15,339 nucleotides of DNA from Eledone cirrhosa. Lineage: Eukaryota. Position numbers and translations under genes: made by a program. Shown here piece after piece: positions 1-14,493 of this stretch. Every line of letters begins with the position of its first letter. Position 1 is the stretch's first letter. The stretch is from NCBI GenBank assembly GCA_964016885.1, contig CAXHJY010001481.1, forward strand, positions 1 through 15,339. Direction: 5' to 3'. Under the pieces are notes generated by a model. It was not told where the DNA came from. It was given only the letters and a program-made list of their open reading frames with translations, and did no database searches.

Positions 1-40
1 CCTCAGCCGGATGGCTGAAACAGGTAAAAGAGTAAAAGAG
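1..40 (+). mobile_element. Probable 3' terminus of a SINE/LINE-type retroposon (cut by window edge)
   Basis: GCTGAAACAG followed by a short repeated tail (GTAAAAGA x2) running straight into (TA)n. Resembles, from memory only, cephalopod SINE tails. Only 40 bp visible. Confidence 0.4.
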
Positions 41-997
<957 letters not shown>

Positions 998-1605
998 GGT
1001 GGCTGCCAACTCGTTTTCGAGTACGGCCACTACTTTATATCCATATAGGAGAACCCCTACCGATGCGCCGAACGGGTGTGACTTTTTAGTCCAGCCAGCG
1101 ACTTGAAAACTCTGGAACAAACACTACACTTGTGACAATTATTGACACATAGTGCTGGGCCCATGGTACCATGTGACGACAAGTGCAGAGAGATCTCCAG
1201 ATATAAAGCAATGCCTGTGCCGTGAAGCTTTTATAGTGAGCAAAGGCACTGCACAAAGCCAGTCCCACTCTCTTAACCAAGATGATATTTACCAAAAAGA
1301 AGAACAAGTCAACATCATTGGATACCATCAGAGTCGCAGGTGTTATATCAGAGTTTTCCTTCTCCTAGAATTCTGCCTTGACAAAGGCTAAGGGGTCATC
1401 TCTCCCGGTGATTTTGGATGGCCATTGACTCTTAAGAGCTCCTTTGCCCTTTGACAGGTTTTGTTTTTAGTCCTGCAGGATGTCCAAAGTCACCCTCCTC
1501 ACCAAGAAACCTTGGTGGGGTTGCCAGTTTAATCGCCAACGACCCGACCATGAGACAGGTTGTACTGGAATACATGTTACCAGTAGCACCAACTGGTGAC
1601 CTGAC
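998..1605 (-). mobile_element. Non-autonomous, internally deleted RTE-derived retroposon (5' UTR-like head + ORF end + 3' UTR)
   Basis: 608-bp complex island between two TA tracts. On the minus strand the 5' half has RTE-leader-like motifs (CTGGCAACCCCACC; CTAGGAGAAGGAAAACTC). The 3' end encodes a C2H2 finger and stop, then a 59-nt UTR with hairpin CTCG-AAAA-CGAG, then (AT)n. No APE or RT sequence. Confidence 0.7.
1057..1137 (-). pseudogene. Remnant C-terminal C2H2 zinc finger of an RTE-type ORF ([26 protein letters not shown])
   Basis: Hand translation in a frame absent from the ORF track: C-x2-C-x3-F-x5-L-x2-H-x4-H, then R and TAG at 1059-1057. This is how ORFs of one RTE subgroup end. Confidence 0.75.
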
Positions 1606-1607
1606 AT

Positions 1608-1641
<34 letters not shown>

Positions 1642-1732
1642 CATATATATATATACATATATATATTTATATACATATATACATATATACATATATATAC
1701 ATATATATATATACATATATACATATATATAC

Positions 1733-1815
<83 letters not shown>

Positions 1816-1834
1816 CACATATATATATATACAC

Positions 1835-1883
<49 letters not shown>

Positions 1884-2022
1884 CATATATATACATATAC
1901 ATATATATACATATACATATATATACATATACATATATATACATATACATATATATACATATACATATATATACATATACATATATATATATATACATAT
2001 ATATATACATATATATATATAC

Positions 2023-2053
<31 letters not shown>

Positions 2054-2270
2054 CATATATATATACATATATATATACATATATATATATATACATATAT
2101 ATATACATACATATATATATACATACATATATATATACATATATATATACATACATATATATATACATATATATATATATACATATATATATACATATAT
2201 ATATATATACATATATATATACATATATATATATACATATATACATATATATACATATATACATATATAC

Positions 2271-2301
<31 letters not shown>

Positions 2302-2374
2302 CATATATACATATACATATATATACATATATACATATATACATATATACATATATATATATATACATATATAC

Positions 2375-2407
<33 letters not shown>

Positions 2408-2440
2408 CATATGTACATATATATATATATACATATATAC

Positions 2441-2495
<55 letters not shown>

Positions 2496-2584
2496 CATAC
2501 ATATATACATATACATATATACATACATATATACATATACATATATATACATATATACATATATATATATATACATATATATAC

Positions 2585-2615
<31 letters not shown>

Positions 2616-2770
2616 CATATATACATATATACATATATATATATATACATATACATATATACATATATACATATACACATATATATATATATATACATAT
2701 ATATACATATATATATATATACATATACATATATACATATATACATATACACATATATATATATATATAC

Positions 2771-2813
<43 letters not shown>

Positions 2814-2840
2814 TATACATATATACATATACATATATAC

Positions 2841-2915
<75 letters not shown>

Positions 2916-2988
2916 CATATATATATACATACATATATATATACATACATATATATATACATATATATATATACATATATATATATAC

Positions 2989-3051
<63 letters not shown>

Positions 3052-3065
3052 CATATATATATATA
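1606..3065. repeat. Compound (TA)n/CA microsatellite
   Basis: Same composition and strand polarity as 41-997. Confidence 0.98.
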
Positions 3066-3091
3066 CATCATCATCATCATCATCATCATCA
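3066..3091 (-). repeat. (GAT)8 3' tail of the RTE element
   Basis: (CAT)8CA on the + strand directly after the 3' UTR terminus. RTE elements typically end in short tandem repeats rather than poly(A). Confidence 0.9.
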
Positions 3092-3376
3092 CCGTTTTAC
3101 GTCCGTTCTTCCACGCTAGCATGGGTTAGACGGGTTGTCCTGTTGTGGGCAGTGTCTGGTCGGCTGACCATGCCTTGCTGATACAGGAACTGATCTGGCT
3201 TGATTTCTACAGCTGGATGCCCTTCCTAACACCAACCTCATTTACAGTGAGTGCTGGGTGCTTTTTCGTGGCGCCTACACGTCCACTTTACAGTGTGGGC
3301 TGGGTGCTTTTTTGCCGTGGCACCTCCACGACCACCTTGCGGTGGGGGGGGGGGGGGGGCATATTGTTTATATGCT
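3092..3376 (-). other. RTE 3' UTR with terminal stem-loop
   Basis: Lies between the stop codon (3377) and the tail. Contains a C16 run, AGGAAGGGCATCC and a terminal hairpin CCATGC-TA-GCGTGG enclosed by CGTCT/GGACG. Motifs recur at 14294-14357 and 15301-15339. Confidence 0.8.
3241..3335. repeat. Diverged tandem duplication (46 + 49 bp) in the 3' UTR
   Basis: TTTACAGTG..GCTGGGTGCTTTTT..CGTGGC.CCT.CACG.CCAC at 3241-3286 and 3287-3335. Confidence 0.85.
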
Positions 3377-6300
3377 TCAGCATGTACCCATGGGAGGTCG
3401 GGTACCCTGTATTACTGCGTGACGCCAGAAGTCACGGTCGTGTGTCATTGACTTTGAGAGGTGTAGTTGGGTAAGGTCGGCTTTTATCACCTCATCCCAA
3501 GTCATCTTGGGTCTCCCCACTCCGCGGTTTCCATCAACTTCTAGTGCTCTGCACCTTTTTATGCAGCTGTCATCCTTCATACGCATCACATGTCCATACC
3601 AGCGTAACCGCCTCTCCTGCACGCAGCATTTGATTCCTCTTATGCTCAGTCTCTCTCTCAATTCATTTATGCTTTGTCGTTCACGTATATTACTGTTACA
3701 CATCCATCGGAGCATGCAGGCTTCGTTTCTCTCTAATCTACGTAAGTCTTCCACCTTCAGCGCCCAGGTCTCACTACCATGCAACATCGCTGTTCGGATA
3801 CACGCATCATACAGTCTGCCTTTCATTCTGAGGGAGAAGCCTTTTGCAGCTAGCAGTGGTAGTAGTTCCCTAAACTTCTTCCATCCCGTTCTTACCCTAG
3901 TTATTGTACTTTCTGAGCACCCACCTCCGTTGCTAATTCGGTCACCTAGGTAGCAGAAGCTGTCTACTGTTTCTACAGGGCCCTCCCAGAGATTGGTGGT
4001 ACTTGTTTCCTGTGGCTGTTTGCTTGCTGTTTCAGCACAGCTGCTGCATGTGAATCCTACATTCTTAATTAAGCTTCCTGAGATCCCGCTACATCTCTTG
4101 TGTACCCATTGTTTGCATTTGGGGCAAAGAATGGAGTTCCTACCTACACCTTTCCTACATACTGAGCAAGGCCATTTCCCTGAGGGGATCTGGGTTCTGT
4201 TTTCTCGTCTACTTATAAGGACCTTAGTCTTTGTCATGTTGACTTTGAGGCCCTTTCTCTCTAGTCCCTGCTTCCAGGTTTCGAATTTATTCTCTAGTTC
4301 TACCATAGATTCAGCTATGAGTGCGAGGTCATCAGCATACAGGAGTTCCCATGGGCATCCGGTCTTAAACTCCTCCGTTATTGCCTGCAGGACTATGATG
4401 AACAGGAGAGGGCTAAGAACAGAGCCCTGGTGGACCCCAACCTGTACGCTAAATTCCTCGCTATACTCATTGCCAATCCTAACTTTGCTGACTGCTCCCC
4501 TATACATGGCTTGTACCGCTTTCACAAGCCATTCATCTACTCCTAGTTTTCTAAGAGCCCACCAGATTACTGCACGTGGAACTCTGTCAAAGGCTTTCTC
4601 AAGGTCGACAAATGCCAAGTAGAGTGGCTTACTTTTAGCTAGGTACTTTTCCTGTAATTGCCTCACAAGGAAGAGGGCATCAGTGGTGCCTTTCCCTGGT
4701 ACAAACCCAAATTGCATCTCGTCTATATTCACCCGGTCCCTAATCAGCTGTGCTATAACTCTTTCTGTTACTTTCATGACCTGGTCCATCAACTTTATAC
4801 CTCTATAGTTTCCTCTATCTAGTGCATCGCCTTTACCTTTGTAGCAGTTGACAATGATGCTACTGCACCAATCTTTTGGTATGGCCCCCTCTAGTATTAC
4901 CTGGTTAACGATACGTGTGGTTATAGTGTGACCTACAGACCCAGATGCCTTCAGCATCTCGGCAGCTATACCCGATGGACCGGTTGCCTTCCCTATCTTC
5001 ATATCTCTGATTGCCTTACTTACTACGCTGCCGCTGACTTGTACTGCTGGTCCCTCTATAGGGTCTACGTGGGGTAGGGTCTCTTCTTCCCATGCATTCT
5101 CCTCATTTAGTAATCTATCATAATGACTCTTCCATGCATCTTTCTTCTCAGCACTTGTGAGGGCAAGCTCACCTTTATCATTCCGGATACACTTCTCTCC
5201 AATGACATCACAACTATCTCTGACACACTGCCTCGCAATCTTGAATACCTCCTGTTTCTGGTCCTCACGTTGTAAAACATGCTTGAATTTTCTATCCTCT
5301 GCTTCCCTCCTAGCTAAGTATACTTGTCGCCTAGCTTCCCTCTTGGTCTCTATGTAATGTACCCTGCCCCCCCCCCCCATTCTTCCATTCTTTCCATGCC
5401 TGTCTCTTGGCCTTGACTGCTTCATCTACCTTATTGTTCCACCACCAAGTCACTCTCCTCCTGCTTAAGGTCTTACTCCAGCCACAAACCTCATCCGTCG
5501 CCTCTAGTAAGTTATTTTTTAGGAACTCCCAGTTCTCTTCTACGTTAAATGTCTCTATCTGTTCTTCTTTACTGTCGTAGGCGTTGAGTAAAATATCTTT
5601 AAATCTGTTACTGGTTGAGGGGACTTTCAGCTTCCAGATCTTTCTTCTCCAGGTTGGCCTCTGTTTCAGGGCTCGTCTAGTTCTGACCGTGAGGTCGCTG
5701 ACAACTAAGCTATGTTGGGATGTACATTCCTCACTAGGGAAGGCTTTTGTGTTTACGACCGTCCATCTGTCACGTCCTCTGATGAGGATAAAATCTAACT
5801 GACTAGAGTGCTCCCCTGATCTATAGGTGATCAGGTGGTTGTCGGGTTTTTTAAAGTTTGTGTTACATATCGACATGTCATTGGCGTCGCAGAATTCTAG
5901 AAGTCTGAATCCTTCCTCATTCCTTGTGCCAACTCCATGGCCTCCATGTACTCTATTGAAGCCGTCGCAGTGTTTACCTACGTGTCCGTTAAAATCTCCT
6001 GCAATGATTAGGAAGTCCTTGTCGTCTGTTAGAGCAGTAGTGTGTATTAGGGACTCGTAAAACCTATCCTTAAGTTCGTCTGGCAGCCCCGATTGGGGTG
6101 CGTAAGCTGATATTATTGTGGTAATTGTCTTATTCAGGACTAGTCTGAGTTTAATGATTCTTGCATTTACCCTGTACACTGAGATTACTTTATCTACCCA
6201 CTTGTCAGCTAATAGTATACCTACACCACCCATCCCATCGTCATTTCCCACCCAGAAAAATTTGTAGCACTGGCTTTTTCCTACAAGGACTCTAGCAGAC

Positions 6301-6500
6301 CCTCCTCTCCATCTAGTCTCTTGCACACAGCATACATCAACTTCCTTTCGCTCTAGCATTTCTACGATTTCTCCTGCTCTTCCTTTCATTGAGCCTACAT
6401 TGATGGTACCAACTCGGAGTTTTGGGCATTTGTCGACACTCGTAGGGGAGGGTCTCTGGGTTGGCGCTTCACGTGGGTGCTTGGTAGCTCGCAGATTCAT
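3377..6500 (-). CDS. RTE polyprotein: APE endonuclease + reverse transcriptase (~1040 aa once one homopolymer frameshift at 5367-5378 is corrected)
   Basis: ORFs 5331..6500 and 3377..5425 overlap at a G12 run (WKEWKNGG / GRVHYIETKREARR). APE motifs: GTINV, VQETRW, SAYAP, GDFNGHVG, LDFIL, SQH. RT motifs: NYRGIKL, QFGF, FVDLEKAFDRV, GVHQGSVLSPLLF, YADD, YLG. RTE-type C-terminus GRPKMTW...DRDFWR. Confidence 0.93.
3945..4990 (-). other. Non-LTR reverse transcriptase domain (approximate limits)
   Basis: From KATGPSGI to FCYLG, with intact LLYADDL. Confidence 0.93.
4037..4168 (-). other. PHD-type (C4HC3) zinc finger inserted in the RT
   Basis: CSVC-x10-CPKC-KQWV-H-KR-C-x14-CSSC, with W two residues before the His and an aromatic residue two before the last CxxC. 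Confidence 0.8.
5691..6422 (-). other. Apurinic/apyrimidinic-like endonuclease domain (approximate limits)
   Basis: From KLRVGTINVGSM to SQHSLVVSDL, with the N, E, Y, D-x-N, D and H motif residues in the expected order. Confidence 0.92.
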
Positions 6501-6544
6501 ATTTCATCTATTGATTCAGAGTTGCTCGTGTATTCCCAGCTCAT
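6497..6544 (-). promoter_or_regulatory. 15-codon upstream ORF (MSWEYTSNSESIDEI*) whose stop overlaps the main start codon (ATGA)
   Basis: ATG at 6544-6542, TGA at 6499-6497, main ATG at 6500-6498. Function is inferred only. Confidence 0.4.
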
Positions 6545-6744
6545 CCATCCCTAACGGTGGGAAAATTGAGGGCTAGAAGGACAGTGGTGGTGGGGTAATG
6601 GCAGGGTGTGTTGGGATGCGCCAGAGGAGGAGAGAGTTAGTTAGGCAGGTAGTAGCAGCAGCAGCAGTGGAAATGGCATGCTAGGTTTGATTGGTCGAAT
6701 AGACTATGGTGGTGTGTGGGGGTGGGGGGGGAGGGAAATTGTGA

Positions 6745-9384
6745 GGTAGGAACTGAGGGTCGCATGGTAAATATCCAAGTTAATACTACATCAGTAAAAT
6801 TAACAATAATAACGTCATGAAAAAAGCTACTAAGAGAAACCCTCGAAAATTTATCGCTAATACGAGCAGGGAAAATTTAACGCTAATACAGCAGGGAACA
6901 TCATAATATTAACGACATGAAAAAGCTACTAAGAGAAACCCTCGAAAATTATCGCTAATACAGCAGGGAAAATTTAACGCTAATACAGCAGGGAACATCA
7001 TAATATTAACGACATGAAAAAGCTACTAAGAGAAACCCTCGAAAATTTATCGCTAATACAGCAGGGAAAATTTAACGCTAATACAGCAGGGAACATCATA
7101 ATATTAACGACATGAAAAAGCTACTAAGAGAAATCCTCGAAAATTTATCGCTAATACAGCAGGGAAAATCATAATATTAACGACATGAAAAGCTACTAAG
7201 AGAAACCCTCGAAAATTTATCGCTAATACAGCAGGGAAAATTTAACGCTAATACAGCAGGGAACATCATAATATTAACGACATGAAAAAGCTACTAAGAG
7301 AAACCCTCGAAAATTTATCGCTAATACAGCAGGGAAAATTTAACGCTAATACAGCAGGGAACATCATAATATTAACGACATGAAAAAGCTACTAAGAGAA
7401 ACCCTCGAAAATTTATCGCTTAATACAGCAGGGAAAATTTAACGCTAATACAGCAGGGAACATCATAATATTAACGACATGAAAAAGCTACTAGAGAAAC
7501 CCTCGAAAATTTATCGCTAATACAGCAGGGAAAATTTAACGCTAATACAGCAGGGAACATCATAATATTAACGACAATATGTAGGCTAAAATACCTTCGT
7601 AGATTAGGTGGATGGCTGGCTGGGAAAATTTGAATCAGCTCTAGTGGTACATTTTTAGCAGAGAAGAATGGCAAAGTGTCTTATCTCTTCAATATTTTCA
7701 GATTGAATGAATTAGGTTAAAGACAGGGTAGTAAGCCTTAAAGAAGTGCATAGAGGGGGGGGGGGGTAGGAACTGAGGGTCGCATGGTAAATAACTGAGA
7801 GAGATACAATAGGATTAGAATACCGCATGGTAAATATCCAAGTTAATAAGTTAATACTACATCAGTAAAATTAACAATAATAACGTCATGAAAAAAGCTA
7901 CTAAGAGAAACCCTCGAAAATTTATCGCTAATACAGCAGGGAAAATTTAACGCTAATACAGCAGGGAACATCATAATATTAACGACATGAAAAAGCTACT
8001 GAGAAACCCTCGAAAATTTATCGCTAATACAGCAGGGAAAATTTAACGCTAATACAGCAGGAACATCATAATATTAACGACAATATGTAGGCTAAAATAC
8101 CTTCGTAGATTAGGTGGATGGCTGGCTGGGAAAATTTGAATCAGCTCTAGTGGTACATTTTAGCAGAGAAGAATGGCAAAGTGTCTTATCTCTTCAATAT
8201 TTTCAGATTGAATGAATTAGGTTAAAGACAGGGTAGTAAGCCTTAAAGAAGTGCATAGAGGGGGGGGGGGGGTAGGAACTGAGGGTCGCATGGTAAATAA
8301 CTGAGAGAGATACAATAGGATTAGAATACCGCATGGTAAATATCCAAGTTAATAAGTTAATACTACATCAGTAAAATTAACAATAATAACGTCATGAAAA
8401 AAGCTACTAAGAGAAACCCTCGAAAATTTATCGCTAATACAGCAGGGAGAATTTAACGCTAATACAGCAGGGAACATCATAATATTAACGACATGAAAAA
8501 GCTACTAAGAGAAACCCTCGAAAATTTATCGCTAATACAGCAGGAAAATTTAACGCTAATACAGCAGGGAACATCATAATATTAACGACATGAAAAAGCT
8601 ACTAAGAGAAACCCTCGAAAATTGATCGCTAATACAGCAGGGAAAATTTAACGCTAATACAGCAGGGAACATCATAATATTAACGACATGAAAAAGCTAC
8701 TAAGAGAAACCCTCGAAAATTTATCGCTAATACAGCAGGGAAAATTTAACGCTAATACAGCAGGGAACATCATAATATTAACGACATGAAAAAGCTACTA
8801 GAGAAACCCTCGAAAATTTATCGCCTAATACAGCAGGGAAAATTTAACGCTAATACAGCAGGGAACATCATAATATTAACGACATGAAAAAGCTACTAAG
8901 AGAAACCCTCGAAAATTTATCGCTAATACAGCAGGGAAAATTTAACGCTAATACAGCAGGGAACATCATAATATTAACGACAATATGTAGGCTAAAATAC
9001 CTTCGTAGATTAGGTGGATGGCTGGCTGGGAAAATTTGAATCAGCTCTAGTGGTACATTTTAGCAGAGAAGAATGGCAAAGTGTCTTTTCTCTTCAATAT
9101 TTTCAGATTGAATGAATTAGGTTAAAGACAGGGTAGTAAGCCTTAAAGAAGTGCATAGAGGGGGGGGGGGGTAGGAACTGAGGGTCGCATGGTAAATAAC
9201 TGAGAGAGATACAATAGGATTAGAATACCGCATGGTAAATATCCAAGTTAATAAGTTAATACTACATCAGTAAAATTAACAATAATAACGTCATGAAAAA
9301 AGCTACTAAGAGAAACCCTCGAAATTTATCGCTAATACAGACAGGGAAAATTTAACGCTAATACAGCAGGGAACATCATAATAT
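6745..9384. repeat. Nested higher-order tandem array: 17 copies of a 98-bp monomer plus three ~312-bp blocks and one partial block
   Basis: Monomer runs at 6814-7572 (8, one shortened to 73 bp), 7885-8078 (2), 8391-8978 (6) and 9290-9384 (1, slightly truncated). Blocks at 7573-7884, 8079-8390 and 8979-9289; partial block at 6745-6813. The monomer contains an internal 25-bp doublet GAAAATTTAWCGCTAATACAGCAGG. Confidence 0.97.
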
Positions 9385-14293
<4,909 letters not shown>

Positions 14294-14356
14294 CATCATT
14301 CATTTCATCATTTCATTTTTACGTCCGCTTTTTCCCTGCTTGCAATGGTGGGACAG

Positions 14357-14357
<1 letters not shown>
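14294..14357 (-). mobile_element. Extremely 5'-truncated RTE (or RTE-tailed SINE) 3' terminus
   Basis: Minus strand TGTCCCACCATTGCAAGCAGGGAAAAAGCGGACGTAAAAATGAAATGATG aligns with the main element's end CGTCTAACCCATGCTAGCGTGGAAGAACGGACGTAAAACGGTGATGATG. Confidence 0.75.
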
Positions 14358-14391
<34 letters not shown>

Positions 14392-14414
14392 CATATATAC
14401 ACATATATACACAT

Positions 14415-14445
<31 letters not shown>

Positions 14446-14493
14446 CACATATATATATATATATAAGTATATATATATGTATATATATATACA
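14358..14493. repeat. Short (TA)n/CA microsatellite
   Basis: Low-complexity TA tract between two RTE fragments. Confidence 0.95.

Larger units (their letters stand above)
3066..9384 (-). mobile_element. Full-length or near full-length RTE-clade LINE with tandem-repeat 5' region
   Basis: Single APE-RT ORF, 3' UTR and (GAT)8 tail at 3066-3091, with TA microsatellite on both sides. The core 3066-6744 is secure. Including 6745-9384 is inferred from uninterrupted contiguity with the leader. Confidence 0.85.

Noticed and set aside
1086-1391. 80-aa and 79-aa ORFs in the 608-bp island
   Set aside because: No motifs. The meaningful coding remnant is in another frame (1057-1137, minus strand).
5700-5725. 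APE 'SDH' motif reads SQH, suggesting a dead endonuclease
   Set aside because: QH at this position is, to my knowledge, common in RTE-clade endonucleases, and the His and other motifs are intact.
3507-6060. Plus-strand ORFs of 66-209 aa
   Set aside because: Antisense shadows of the RTE ORF with no recognisable motifs.
6868-9352. Repeated GGGAAAATTT as Rel/NF-kB-like sites
   Set aside because: Lacks the CC half-site, and short motifs in AT-rich repeats are not supportable without binding data.
6814-9384. CRISPR-like array or RT-associated prokaryotic system (retron, DGR)
   Set aside because: The sequence between repeats is itself identical, so there are no unique spacers. No cas genes are present, and the RT is a eukaryotic non-LTR APE-RT.
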